The notes under the pieces: model-generated | The model's input: only the letters and a program-made list of their open reading frames with translations | Databases searched by the model: none | What the model was told of the DNA's origin: nothing | Program-made: the position numbers and the translations under genes | Origin: Terriglobia bacterium | GTDB lineage: Bacteria; Acidobacteriota; Terriglobia; 20CM-2-55-15 | Direction: 5' to 3' | NCBI GenBank assembly: GCA_965198225.1 | Contig: CBDAOY010000008.1 | Coordinates: 1,024,001 to 1,088,000 of the forward strand | DNA length: 64,000 nucleotides | Shown: in pieces, positions 1-10,319 of the stretch | Layout: each line of letters opens with the position of its first letter | Position numbering within the stretch: the first letter of the stretch is position 1

Positions 1-1294
1 GAAGCTCATCGCCGACGATGATGGACTCGTCGCCGGTCAAACCCGCGCTGACATAGGCGACGTCATCCACTTCACGGGCCACGGTGATCGGTTTCAGCCG
101 AACCTCTCCGTCGATGAGGACCAGCACCGCCTTGCCCGCCTCGTGGTCGATCAGGGCACCAGCAGGTATCGACATTTGTTCGGTCACCTCCCGGGTCTCC
201 GCTCTTGGTTCGAGAAATGTGACGCGTGCATTCATCTCCGGCTTTATCAAGGTGTCAGGATCCAATATTTGAACCTTTACTTGAATTGTGGCCCGCTGCC
301 GATCCGCCTCGGGTGCAATTTCGGCGACCACGCACTCGTAGGGCCGGTCCGGGTAAGCGTCCGTCACGGCGTTGCAGGGCTGCTCGGGACCGATCCGGTT
401 GAAATCATTCTGGCTGATGTCGAGCTCCACCTGCAGGTCGTTCAGGTCGGCAAGCGACACGGTCGACGATTTCGCACCGCGTTCCCCGACGAACGATGTG
501 GTCACCATCTCGCCCGGCTCGACGATTCGCTCGAGGATCACGCCGTCGATCGGCGCGCGGATCTCGACGGCGTCAAGCATCGTTTCGCTGTAATCCACGT
601 CGGCCCGCGCCCGTTCGACCTCGGCGCGAGCCGCGTCGATCTTCTCGATACGGGGACCCTGGCGAATGAGCTCGTAGCCCCGGGTCAAGGCCTCCAGGCT
701 CGCCCGGGACACGTCGCGCCAGCCGAGCGCTTCGTCCAGGTCTCGAGCCGTGAACACACCTTCCGACACCAGGCCTTCAACCCGGGTCAGATTCGCTTCG
801 TCCGTGCGCAACTGGGCTTCGGCACGATCCACTTCCGCCTGAGCCCGTTCGATCTCCTCGGGACGGGACCCCCGTTCCAGCTCCGCCAGGCGCGCCCGGG
901 CGACTTGATGCACGGCGCGGGCGCGGTCGACCTGAGCCTGGTACTCCCGGTCTTCCAGTTTGACCAGGAGCTGTCCCTTCCGGACCCGGTCGCCCTTCTC
1001 GACACCGATCCATTCGACTCGCCCGATGACCTTTGAACTGAGATCGATCTTGTGGTGCGCCACGACGTATCCCGTCGCCACGAGCACAGGAGATTCGGAC
1101 GATTCGACCCGCGGGCGCACCGTACGGACGGTCACCGCCTCACTCGAGCCCCGGAAGAAATAGACTCCCGCGACAACGCCCGCGAACGCGAAGGCAAGAA
1201 ACAGAATCCATCCCGGCGACGGGCCTTCTCTTCGCCTATGGCGTTTCGACTTGTCTATCTTTAGTTTGTGGAGCTCGTTGGACAGATCGTCCAT
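1..1294 (-). CDS. Efflux/ABC periplasmic adaptor subunit (HlyD/MFP family), runs off the window start
   Basis: Not in the ORF track. Read by hand on the minus strand: GAGGAG RBS, ATG at 1294, MDDLSNELHKLKIDKSKR, one TM segment (WILFLAFAFAGVVAGVYFF), then an open frame to base 1. Lies downstream of two ABC permeases. Confidence 0.8.
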   Translation of the reverse strand, partial: MDDLSNELHKLKIDKSKRHRRREGPSPGWILFLAFAFAGVVAGVYFFRGSSEAVTVRTVRPRVESSESPVLVATGYVVAHHKIDLSSKVIGRVEWIGVEKGDRVRKGQLLVKLEDREYQAQVDRARAVHQVARARLAELERGSRPEEIERAQAEVDRAEAQLRTDEANLTRVEGLVSEGVFTARDLDEALGWRDVSRASLEALTRGYELIRQGPRIEKIDAARAEVERARADVDYSETMLDAVEIRAPIDGVILERIVEPGEMVTTSFVGERGAKSSTVSLADLNDLQVELDISQNDFNRIGPEQPCNAVTDAYPDRPYECVVAEIAPEADRQRATIQVKVQILDPDTLIKPEMNARVTFLEPRAETREVTEQMSIPAGALIDHEAGKAVLVLIDGEVRLKPITVAREVDDVAYVSAGLTGDESIIVGDEL

Positions 1295-1306
1295 TCCAGC
1301 ACTCCT

Positions 1307-2446
1307 CTAAACTTCCGTGCGCAGCGCGCGGATGATGGGCAGCCGGGCGGCCAGCCGCGCCGGCAGGATGCCTCCGACAATTCCCATGATAGCCGCGAAA
1401 ATCATCCCCTGCGTCAACAGGTCCCGGGTAATTCGGAATTCGAACAGGACTTCAGAAAAACTCGCAAAATTCAGCGTCCCCGTCGAAATGCCGTTCACGG
1501 GCAGTGCCATCAGGCAGCCCACGACTCCGCCGGCGAGCGCCAGTATCAGGGATTCCAGGAAGAACGATGCCATGATGGAGCGTCGACGGAACCCCAGCAG
1601 CCGCAGGGTCGCGATCTCCCGCGTCCGGTAGGCGGTCGCGGCATACATCGTGTTCATCACGGCGAAACTGGAGCCGATTGCCATGATGATCGCAATGAAG
1701 GTGCCGATGATCTGGATGGGAATGGCAGTCGACGTCTGGGCTCGGAAATACTCGATCTCGCGGAAAGCATCGAGCTGAGGCCGGCGGTCATCGGCGATTC
1801 TCTGTTGAAGTCCTGGAATCGAAGCCTCATCGGTCACTCGAATCAGCAGTGACGAGTAGATCGGACGCTCGAACTCTCCGGAGACTTCGTTGTAGCTCGC
1901 CCAGATTTCCGAGTCGTATGCCGTCCGGCCCGCGTCGAAAATCCCGACTATGTCCCAGTCCACGCGTCCGATTCGGATCCTGTCTCCCAGCCCCGCGCCC
2001 TCGAACCGGTTCGACACGGAACGGCTGACGATCACTTCGCCGACCCCTGGGCGGAGCATGCGGCCTTCGACGACCTCCATCCCGGGCCTCAACCCGATCG
2101 CTTCGACAGGCACGCCGCGCACGATCAGGTTCGCGTCACTACCGTCGATCCGGGGGTGGTTGATCAAGATGATGACTTCGCCCGAAACCGTCGATACGCC
2201 GTCGAGCGTCTCGACGATGCCCTTGATATCCCGGTTGAAAAAGCTGTTGGTCTCGGCCTGGGAGCCTTCACGGATCGCCATCAGATTCAGGGGATCGCCC
2301 GTGTCGCTGTAGGTGTTCTGCAGGCCGTGCACCAGAGCGAGCACGGAAACGAAAACGGCCACCGTCAACGCCACGCCGAGGATGGTCATCGCGGTCCCAA
2401 CCCGGCGCACGACGAGGCTTCTCACGTTGTATTTAACGGGGATCAT
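1307..2446 (-). CDS. ABC transporter permease (MacB/FtsX-like)
   Basis: N-terminal TM, large periplasmic loop, RTREIATLRLLGF motif, three C-terminal TMs. Confidence 0.9.
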   Translation of the reverse strand: MIPVKYNVRSLVVRRVGTAMTILGVALTVAVFVSVLALVHGLQNTYSDTGDPLNLMAIREGSQAETNSFFNRDIKGIVETLDGVSTVSGEVIILINHPRIDGSDANLIVRGVPVEAIGLRPGMEVVEGRMLRPGVGEVIVSRSVSNRFEGAGLGDRIRIGRVDWDIVGIFDAGRTAYDSEIWASYNEVSGEFERPIYSSLLIRVTDEASIPGLQQRIADDRRPQLDAFREIEYFRAQTSTAIPIQIIGTFIAIIMAIGSSFAVMNTMYAATAYRTREIATLRLLGFRRRSIMASFFLESLILALAGGVVGCLMALPVNGISTGTLNFASFSEVLFEFRITRDLLTQGMIFAAIMGIVGGILPARLAARLPIIRALRTEV

Positions 2447-2483
2447 TTCACGCGTTCAACCGGCGGCGCGGACGGAGTCTCCT

Positions 2484-3629
2484 CTATTCCCCCCGTCGGC
2501 GTACCGCATCGACGATTGCCAGACGCGAGGCGTTGTAGGCCGGGACGGCCGTGCTGATCATCGCGACAGACAACGCGATTGCTGCAGCCAGGGCGACCGT
2601 GTCCCAGCGCACGATGAACTGGGGGATGAAACCCATCGTCATCTGATTGAAGTCTATCGAACCGTAGAGATACCGTGCTCCGAGCGATCCCAGCAGCCCT
2701 CCGGCCACCGCGATTGTCACCGACTCGACGACGATGAGTCCGAGGATCTGCCGGCGGTTGAAACCGATCGTCTTGAGGATCGCGATCTCTCCGGTCCGTT
2801 CCCGGATCGACATCGCCATGGTGTTGGCGGCCACCAGGATGATCGTGAATAGAACGACCGTGGAAATGCTCACGATCAAGGCCCGGATGTTCCCCCACAT
2901 CTCCATGAATCCCAGGATGAAAGACTTCTCGCTTTCGGTCTTCGTGGGTGCGTTTGTGTTCGCGAACTCGGCATCGATGGATTCGATCACGGCCGGAATG
3001 ACCTCGGCGCTCTCGGCCCGGATCGTGAACGTGCCCGCGATCCCGGCGCGTTCGAACAGCTCGTCGTAGTAGTCCCACCTGAAATAGAAGGTGTTCTCGC
3101 TGTTCGCACCCGAGACAAAGCCCCGAACGATAGTCTCCACGTCGAACGGGGCGAACGTGCCTTCAAGAGTCACCCTGTCGCCGATCTCCCAACCGAACCG
3201 TTCGGCCAGATTGACGCCCACCAGCGAGGCAATCCGCTCGGATTCGAACGCCTCGCGCTCTGCCGCGCTCGTTTCGACATCCGGGTACACGGTGAAGAAG
3301 GTTTCATGGTCGACGGCAAAGTTCGCGAAGAAATTGGCGGGATCCTGGTAGATGCCCCCGAACCACTGGTTCGCGTTGACCTCTTCCACGCCGGGGATCT
3401 GCCGGATGCGGTCGGCATAGGCGACCGGCATCACGTTCGCCAGCGACACTTTGTGCCGAGTCACGATGCGCAGGGCCGATTCGGGCGTCAAGTTCGGATC
3501 CTCCAGCGACGTCAGCAGCGTGCGCAAGGTCGTGATCAGAAACAGGGACATCGCGATGCTCAGCACCGTGAGCACGGTCCGCCGTTTGTTGCGCAGGGTC
3601 TTCTTGAGGATCAGGGGGAGGAATCGCAC
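2484..3629 (-). CDS. ABC transporter permease (MacB/FtsX-like)
   Basis: LRNKRRTVLT start and IRERTGEIAILKTIGF motif. Start chosen at GTG 3629; the track extends to 3680. Confidence 0.88.
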   Translation of the reverse strand: MRFLPLILKKTLRNKRRTVLTVLSIAMSLFLITTLRTLLTSLEDPNLTPESALRIVTRHKVSLANVMPVAYADRIRQIPGVEEVNANQWFGGIYQDPANFFANFAVDHETFFTVYPDVETSAAEREAFESERIASLVGVNLAERFGWEIGDRVTLEGTFAPFDVETIVRGFVSGANSENTFYFRWDYYDELFERAGIAGTFTIRAESAEVIPAVIESIDAEFANTNAPTKTESEKSFILGFMEMWGNIRALIVSISTVVLFTIILVAANTMAMSIRERTGEIAILKTIGFNRRQILGLIVVESVTIAVAGGLLGSLGARYLYGSIDFNQMTMGFIPQFIVRWDTVALAAAIALSVAMISTAVPAYNASRLAIVDAVRRRGE

Positions 3630-3836
3630 AAGAACATTAAAACACAACCGCGGCTGCGCCGCGGATTGGAGATCGATCATTGCTGCATTTCTGGATTCCC
3701 CATTGAGGACGCACTCCGCAGCACTCCGAAAGTCTCAAATCTGCAATCTCCAACGTCCAATTTCCAATAATCCGGTCCCCCCACGCTGGGGCATATGCGG
3801 TCTACCTCTGCATATGCCGACTGCTACAATACGGAA

Positions 3837-4706
3837 ATGGTCCGCGCATCCAACGCCGTCGCACTCCTCAAAGTACTGATCGCAGCGGCCTGGGCCGACT
3901 CCGAGCTCTCACAGGCCGAGTTGAACTACATCAAGGAGCTGGCGCGGCATTTCGACCTCGATGACGACGAGTGGTTCCACCTGCAACCCTACATTGAGGA
4001 TCCCGTGACAGCGGAGGAACAGGAGGCGGTCGTGCGAGATCTGCTTGCACGAATCAGCACGCCCTTTGAACGCAAGGCTGTCATCCACCACCTGCAACAG
4101 ATCATCGAAGCCGACGCCCGGATCTCGGATGAAGAGAGGATCCTGCTGAAGCGTTACGAAGAGATCTTGATGGAGGCCTCGTCGATGGACCTGATGCTGG
4201 GTCGTGTCAAGGGCCTCTTCCAGGCCTCGAAGCGCCACTCGACGGTCGACATCGACGAGTTTCTCCGGAACAAGGTCCTCTTCAAACTCCGGAGACGTGC
4301 CGGCGACTCCCGGATCTCGCCCGATATGCACCGCCTGGCCCTGCTGGGCGGGTTGATGGGGATCGTGGCCCACGCCGACCACGACATTCACGAGCGGGAA
4401 CTCGACGAGATTCGTCGACAGCTCTCGACCAGAGGCCGTTTTGACGAGGATGCGACGGAACTGCTGCTGAGGATCATCGAGGAAGAATCGGTTCGGGGAC
4501 TGGACCGGCATCGTCTGATCGCCGAATACGCGGCCGACATCGATCTGGCCGGACGGGTGGAGCTGCTCGACTTGCTCTTCGCGGTCGCAGCCGCCGACGG
4601 TGCCATGACCCATCCGGAACTGGAGGAGCTGCGCGCCATATCCTCGGCCCTCCACATGAGCCACAAGCAGTACATCGCCGCCAAGATCCGGGCCAAGCCG
4701 GCGTAG
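3837..4706 (+). CDS. Tandem TerB-like domain protein
   Basis: Repeated AAWADSELSQAE, VAHADHDIHERE and VAAADGAMTHPE motifs typical of TerB. ATG 3837 lies 6 nt after TACAAT. Confidence 0.75.
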   Translation: MVRASNAVALLKVLIAAAWADSELSQAELNYIKELARHFDLDDDEWFHLQPYIEDPVTAEEQEAVVRDLLARISTPFERKAVIHHLQQIIEADARISDEERILLKRYEEILMEASSMDLMLGRVKGLFQASKRHSTVDIDEFLRNKVLFKLRRRAGDSRISPDMHRLALLGGLMGIVAHADHDIHERELDEIRRQLSTRGRFDEDATELLLRIIEEESVRGLDRHRLIAEYAADIDLAGRVELLDLLFAVAAADGAMTHPELEELRAISSALHMSHKQYIAAKIRAKPA

Positions 4707-4732
4707 CCACGATTACACAGATCGCACGGAGA

Positions 4733-6079
4733 CTAGCCCGCTACTGCCGCCCGTATCGACTCGCCAACGATGTTGACGATTCGATCGATCTCGTCATCCG
4801 TGGTCGTGAAAGGGGGAGCGATGACATAGATGTCTTCCCGGAAGCGGCTGTAGAGACCCCGGCTGGTGCATTCCGCATGCAGTCGAGCTCCCACTTTTAG
4901 CCCTGCGGGGAAGCTCTTCTTCGTGGTCTTGTCTTCGACCAGCTCCACGCCCGTCATCAGACCGAGCCCCCGCACGTCCCCCACGTGATCGAGTGTCGCC
5001 AGCCCCTGCAGCCCTTCGAGGAGGCGTTTCCCCTGCCGGGCCGCAGCGTCGACGAGTTCCTCCCGCTCAAGAATAGCGAGGTTTGCCAAGGCGACCGCAC
5101 AGCAGGTCGGATGACCCGAGTACGTGTAGGCATGCATCCAGCGCCGATCGGGCGGGACGGCGACGATTCCGTCGTAGACGCGATCGGATAGACCCATACC
5201 GCCGAGGGGAACGTAACCGGATGTGATCCCCTTGGCCATGGAGACAATGTCGGGCTCCACCCCCCAGTGTTCCATGGCGAACCACTTTCCCGTCCGTCCG
5301 AACCCAGTGATCACCTCGTCCGCGATAAAAAGCACATCGTGCTGATCGCAGATTTGACGGACGCGGGGAAAATAGTCGCCCGGCGGGACGATGGCTCCTC
5401 CGAGCCCCTGGACCGGTTCGGCGATGAATGCAGCCACCGTGTCGGCACCTTCCAGGAGAATCGCTTCCTCAAGCAAGTCCGCGGCAGCGACGCCGGGAGC
5501 GACATCGGTTCGGGTCGATTCGAAACGGTACGGGTATGGTGGTGGGATTCGTACGAATCCGGGCATCCCGGGACCGAAGCCCGGCCTGTACATGTCGAGA
5601 CCCGTCGCGTTCATCGCTCCGAGCGTGACGCCGTGGTAGCCGAGATCGAGGCTGATGATCTTGTGCTTTCCTTCCCTGCCGGCGGCATTCCAGAAAAAGC
5701 GGGCCGTCTTGAAGGCGCTGTCGTTGGATTCCGCCCCTCCCGAGGTCAGGAAGAAGTGGTTGATCGACGGGTAACAGTGCTCGGCGAGTTTCTCTGAGAG
5801 CGTCACCGCAGGGATGTTCGTGTTCCCGGTGTAGGCCGATGCATAAGCGAGTGTCTTCATCTGGTTTGCGGATGCCTCCGCCAACTCCGCACGACCGTGC
5901 CCGACATTGACGTTCCACAGGCCGGACAGGCCGTCTATGAACTCGCGGCCGTCCGCAGCGCGCAGAATCGAACCATGGCCTTCTACCCACACCATCGGTT
6001 GAGTGTGATCGTCCGGGTGGTAGAGGGGATGGACGAGATGTTCCTGATCGGTCTGAATCAAACGGTCGATATCGGGCAT
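4733..6079 (-). CDS. Class III PLP aminotransferase (omega-amino acid/polyamine type)
   Basis: DGLSGLWNVNVGH, FIAEPVQG, DEVITGFGRTG and MAKGITSGY (PLP lysine). Confidence 0.92.
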   Translation of the reverse strand: MPDIDRLIQTDQEHLVHPLYHPDDHTQPMVWVEGHGSILRAADGREFIDGLSGLWNVNVGHGRAELAEASANQMKTLAYASAYTGNTNIPAVTLSEKLAEHCYPSINHFFLTSGGAESNDSAFKTARFFWNAAGREGKHKIISLDLGYHGVTLGAMNATGLDMYRPGFGPGMPGFVRIPPPYPYRFESTRTDVAPGVAAADLLEEAILLEGADTVAAFIAEPVQGLGGAIVPPGDYFPRVRQICDQHDVLFIADEVITGFGRTGKWFAMEHWGVEPDIVSMAKGITSGYVPLGGMGLSDRVYDGIVAVPPDRRWMHAYTYSGHPTCCAVALANLAILEREELVDAAARQGKRLLEGLQGLATLDHVGDVRGLGLMTGVELVEDKTTKKSFPAGLKVGARLHAECTSRGLYSRFREDIYVIAPPFTTTDDEIDRIVNIVGESIRAAVAG

Positions 6080-6126
6080 GCTTCAACCTTTCCGGTAAGG
6101 AGTCACGAAGTTCGTATAATACCGCA

Positions 6127-7032
6127 ATGCATTTTGGGGTCACGCTTCCACATTTTCGGCACCTGGCGTCACCGGAGGCGATCCGGACCCTCGCGCATCA
6201 CGCCGAGCAAGTCGGTCTGGACTCTGTCTGGGTCACAGATCACGTCGTCCTGCCGGATTCCGCCCTGCCAAAATTCGGAGAGACGTTCTACGAACCGCTG
6301 ACGGTCCTCGCATACGTTGCCGGTATGACATCGCGAATCTCGATCGGAACGAGCGCGATCATCCTGCCGTACCGTAACCCGTTGGTTACGGCCAAGCAGC
6401 TGTCGACGATCGACGTCCTGTCCGCGGGTCGACTCATTTTCGGTGCAGCCGCCGGGTGGGCCGAGGCCGAGTTTCGAGCACTCGGCGTGGGTTTCGAAGA
6501 TCGTGGATCCCGGTCCGACGAGTACCTTCGTGTGATACGCACTCTCTGGACTGAAAGCCGCCCGCAGTTTCAAGGCGATTTCGCAAGCTTTTCCGATATC
6601 ACCTTCCATCCCAGACCCGTCCAGCAGCCGCACCCGCCGGTCTGGATCGGAGGCAACAGCGGACGGGGAATCCGCCGCGCTGCGGAATTCGGAAACTACT
6701 GGCATCCGACTCGCCCGAGCGTCGAGGACATCCGAATCGGTCGTGATCGTTTGGCCGAGGCTGAGGAGCGTGCCGGACGAGAGCCGGGGGAGGTGGGGAT
6801 CGCAGCCCGAGAACCATTCAAGCTGGACGAAACGATGCCGGCGGACCCGCGCAAACCATTGCTGGGACCACGGAATCACGTACTGGAGTCTCTGGCCGCG
6901 TTTGCCGAACTCGGTGTCACTCATTTTGTGATCGACCTTTTCTACAGCACCTCCGCGCTGCATGATTCGACCCTGGATTCCGTCATGAAGGCGATGGAGG
7001 TGTTGGCCGAGGACATTCGTCCCAGTCTGTAG
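6127..7032 (+). CDS. LLM-class (probably F420-dependent) oxidoreductase
   Basis: VWVTDH, LPYRNP, AKQLSTIDVLSAGR and PPVWIGG motifs. Confidence 0.85.
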   Translation: MHFGVTLPHFRHLASPEAIRTLAHHAEQVGLDSVWVTDHVVLPDSALPKFGETFYEPLTVLAYVAGMTSRISIGTSAIILPYRNPLVTAKQLSTIDVLSAGRLIFGAAAGWAEAEFRALGVGFEDRGSRSDEYLRVIRTLWTESRPQFQGDFASFSDITFHPRPVQQPHPPVWIGGNSGRGIRRAAEFGNYWHPTRPSVEDIRIGRDRLAEAEERAGREPGEVGIAAREPFKLDETMPADPRKPLLGPRNHVLESLAAFAELGVTHFVIDLFYSTSALHDSTLDSVMKAMEVLAEDIRPSL

Positions 7033-7055
7033 CAGCCAGTCATCGAGAATCGAGA

Positions 7056-7529
7056 ATGCGCGCATACCTTGCCCGTCACGGAAAAGCGAAGTCCGTCATC
7101 GAAGACCCACGGCGAGGTCTGACGAAGGAGGGAGTTCGAGAACTCGAGGAGCTGGGACGCTTCCTCGCAAAACTTCGGTTGACAGTCTCATCGGTCTGCT
7201 ACAGCGACAAGGCCCGGGCGAGAGAGACGGCCGAGATCATCTCGGAGGGTCTCGGTTTCAAAGGCGAGGGAAAGGAAACGGTCGACCTTTCTCCCGAAGC
7301 GGATCCGACGTCGATGGCGGCTTTTCTCGAAGCCGCTGAAGAAGACGTCCTCGCCGTCGGCCACCTGCCGCACATGGAGAGACTGGCCTCGCTCCTTCTG
7401 TCCGGCAGGGCCGAGACAGACGTGATTCGCTTCAACAATGGAACGATCGCGTGCCTGGAGCGATTGGGTCCGGGAGCGTGGACCCTGTTATGGGTGGTCG
7501 GGCCGGGGCTGGTCGGTAGCAACGATTGA
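7056..7529 (+). CDS. sixA: Phosphohistidine phosphatase SixA
   Basis: RHGKA start, RARETAEII and VGHLP motifs, 157 aa. Confidence 0.85.
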   Translation: MRAYLARHGKAKSVIEDPRRGLTKEGVRELEELGRFLAKLRLTVSSVCYSDKARARETAEIISEGLGFKGEGKETVDLSPEADPTSMAAFLEAAEEDVLAVGHLPHMERLASLLLSGRAETDVIRFNNGTIACLERLGPGAWTLLWVVGPGLVGSND

Positions 7530-7563
7530 CTTCAAACCCGGGCTCGATCGCGGAGCCGATCGC

Positions 7564-8205
7564 TCACGCGACGACGCGCTGCTCATGGAGGGAGAAGAGC
7601 CCGGACGTCGGCCTGAAGCTGTTCAGGGCGATCCGTTTGAACTGCGCCGGCTTCATTTGAAGAAGCTCTTTCCTGCCGATCCGCCGTCCCACCACGAGCT
7701 GGCCGTCCTTGCGGCGAGTCAGTTCCCGGGCAAGGGAGCCGAGGTCGTCCAACGACCACTTCGACAGCAAGGCCTCGGGATCTTCATCGTGCTCATCCTT
7801 GAACCAGCCCAGATTCCGGTTCGACCGCACCGCTTCGGCGATTCCCTTGATGTCGCGGTTCCACTTCAGCGCCCATTCCGACTTGTCGTAGTATTCGGGT
7901 CCGACCTCAAAAAGCAGGCGCACGCAGTTGCGCGAGACCGCTACCTTGAAGTGAACGTCCTTCTTGTAACCCCGTTTTCCCGCACCGATGGCCGCCCAGG
8001 TGTCGTCGGGCGGGTTCACCGTCCGCCGGGCGTGCTTGGCGACATGGACGAACAGCGGCTGATCGATCATTCCCGCAAGCGTCGGGGCCAGTTCCTCACC
8101 GATGCCGGCCAGTTTTGGTCGCACGCTTGCGGCGATAGCGCCCATCCGTTCGTGGAATCCGGGAATCTCGAAAACCTTGAAATCCTTTGCCGTGAATAGC
8201 TCCAT
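7564..8205 (-). CDS. DUF1054/YktB-family protein
   Basis: HVAKHARRTVNPPDDTWAA..RGYK motif. GGAGG RBS before ATG 8205. Confidence 0.8.
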   Translation of the reverse strand: MELFTAKDFKVFEIPGFHERMGAIAASVRPKLAGIGEELAPTLAGMIDQPLFVHVAKHARRTVNPPDDTWAAIGAGKRGYKKDVHFKVAVSRNCVRLLFEVGPEYYDKSEWALKWNRDIKGIAEAVRSNRNLGWFKDEHDEDPEALLSKWSLDDLGSLARELTRRKDGQLVVGRRIGRKELLQMKPAQFKRIALNSFRPTSGLFSLHEQRVVA

Positions 8206-8398
8206 CACTCTCCTCCGAGCTTCATTATAAGGTGGAGATCTTCGATTCACCCCGTGAAACGATCAGAACAGGCGGCAAGGCGACGGAATGGTTTAACATA
8301 GGCGAGGCGTTCGAGCTGGCATCGAATGGACCCGAGAAGCAGCATTCTCGACCGAAGACCAGGTCGCTCATCGACAGATTATCCGAGGTGGAGGCCCC

Positions 8399-10192
8399 GT
8401 GATCGTACTCGTTCTGGTTGTCAGTCTAATTGCTGGAGGCGCGATTTCAGCGCCCGCCCAGGCCATATATGCGGAAAACCAGATTCCAGCCCAAGGGGTT
8501 CAGATCGAATACCGCCTGCGGATCGAGGATCCGAATCTGCATGTTTACAACATCGAGATGGACATCCGGGGTATCCGCGAGGACACCGTCAGTGTGGCGA
8601 TGCCGGCCTGGGCACCGGGTGCTTACCGGATACGCGACTACGCCCGGAACGTCCAGAACTTCCAGGTCCGAACCCGCTCGGGGCGGCGTTTTCTCGGATG
8701 GCAGAAGACCGATAAGCAGACCTGGGAGGTTTCCAAGCAGCCCGCCGACGACATCATCGTCGTTTACGAGTTGTATTCGGACGGACTGAACTACCAGATG
8801 GCGGACGTCTCCGGACCGGCAACCTACATGTATGTCGTCGGCCGGAAGCATGTTCCGGTGGCCCTGCGCTACGAGAAACCGGGAGATTGGGACGTCTACA
8901 CGGGTCTCGGGCGGCGGCGGGGAGCCTACCGCGCGTCGGACTACGACATTTTCATCGACGCCCCGGCCTTCGTCGGCGAATTCAAGGTTCTCGAGTTCGA
9001 ATCGGCCGACGTTGCCTACCGTCTCGTCTTCAGCGATCCGGAAGTCGAATTCAACGAGGAGCAGGTTATCGGAGACATCCAGGCAATCGTCGAGGCCTCC
9101 GTCGCGATATTCGGTTCAGCTCCCTTCCGCGACTACACGTTCCTGTTCAAAGTGCAGCCTCGGCCCGGCAGCGGCGGGCTGGAGCACCTGAACTCTACCA
9201 GAATCACCGTTGGGGAGAACGATTTCGCAAGCGGCACGCGGTACGATCGATTCCTCTTCGTAGTGGCCCATGAGTTCTTCCACCTGTGGAACGTCAAGCG
9301 CATAAGGCCGGAGGTGCTCGGACCTTTCGATTACACGCGCGAGGTGCACACCCGTTCGCTGTGGATTTCCGAGGGCCTGACGAGCTATTTCGGACGCCTC
9401 TTGCTCAATCGGGCCGGCGTTTTCAACCCGCAGGCCTATCTGCAGAGTCTGTCTCAGGAGATCGACGGCCACCAGAAGAAGCCGGGGCGCTTCCTGATGA
9501 GCGCCGAAGAGGCCAGCTGGGAAACCTGGCTGCGGAGCGACAATAGCGACAACAACACGATCTCCTACTACACCAAGGGCGAAATCGCCGGCCTGTTGCT
9601 CGACATCGAGATTCGTGCCCGCACCCGGAGCGCCAAGAGCCTCGACGACGTGATGCGCTACCTGGCGGAAAACTACGCGAACAAGGGCATCGGCTTTCCT
9701 GAAGACGGGTTTCTGATGGCTTTGAATGCGGTCGTCGGCTCAGACTTCGAGGAGTTTTACTCCAGGGTAATCCAGAGCCGGCTGGATTTGGACTTTGACC
9801 GCTACCTTTCCCAGGCCGGACTGCAGGTCGAAACGCAGCGACAACCGTCTTCGCTATTCATGGGTGTGTCGGTGGAGGAAGCGGACGGCGGCCTTGCGAG
9901 AATCTCCCGCGTCATCCCGGGTAGCCCCGCCGAGGAGGCTGGTTTCGACAGTCGGGATGTGCTGATCGCCTTCGATGACCAGCGCATCACCTTTGCGAAC
10001 TTTCAACCCCGCTTTCGTCAGCGAAAACTAGGAGAGACGCTTGATGTCAGCATCCTGCGGGGAGAAAAGCTGCTTCACCTCGAGCTGACACCTGGCGAGA
10101 TCCAGCAGGAGACTTGGGTCATCACTGAAGCCAATGAGGTCACAGCCGAACAGCTGGAGCTTAGAAACCGCTGGATCGGTGAGCTAAACTAG
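8399..10192 (+). CDS. M61 glycyl aminopeptidase with C-terminal PDZ domain, secreted
   Basis: PAWAPGAY, GGLEH, HEFFHLWNVKRIRP, WISEGLTSY and SYYTKG motifs; PDZ segment PGSPAEEAG. Confidence 0.92.
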   Translation: MIVLVLVVSLIAGGAISAPAQAIYAENQIPAQGVQIEYRLRIEDPNLHVYNIEMDIRGIREDTVSVAMPAWAPGAYRIRDYARNVQNFQVRTRSGRRFLGWQKTDKQTWEVSKQPADDIIVVYELYSDGLNYQMADVSGPATYMYVVGRKHVPVALRYEKPGDWDVYTGLGRRRGAYRASDYDIFIDAPAFVGEFKVLEFESADVAYRLVFSDPEVEFNEEQVIGDIQAIVEASVAIFGSAPFRDYTFLFKVQPRPGSGGLEHLNSTRITVGENDFASGTRYDRFLFVVAHEFFHLWNVKRIRPEVLGPFDYTREVHTRSLWISEGLTSYFGRLLLNRAGVFNPQAYLQSLSQEIDGHQKKPGRFLMSAEEASWETWLRSDNSDNNTISYYTKGEIAGLLLDIEIRARTRSAKSLDDVMRYLAENYANKGIGFPEDGFLMALNAVVGSDFEEFYSRVIQSRLDLDFDRYLSQAGLQVETQRQPSSLFMGVSVEEADGGLARISRVIPGSPAEEAGFDSRDVLIAFDDQRITFANFQPRFRQRKLGETLDVSILRGEKLLHLELTPGEIQQETWVITEANEVTAEQLELRNRWIGELN

Positions 10193-10319
10193 ACGCTCAA
10201 TCAAGCGCGCTGTCAGCCCTCAGCGTTCAGCTCTTAGCTAATTCGGAAACGGGACGATAGTCCCATCCGATTGAGCTGACAGCTGACAGCTGATCGCTTT
10301 TTCATAAGAAAGGGGCCGA

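Noticed and set aside
143-1036. Long ORFs opposite real genes (also 12257-13324, 15918-17264, 18223-19080, 32782-34599, 51389-52507, 63175-63996)
   Set aside because: Antisense shadows typical of high-GC codon usage; no motifs, and the opposite strand encodes recognisable proteins.
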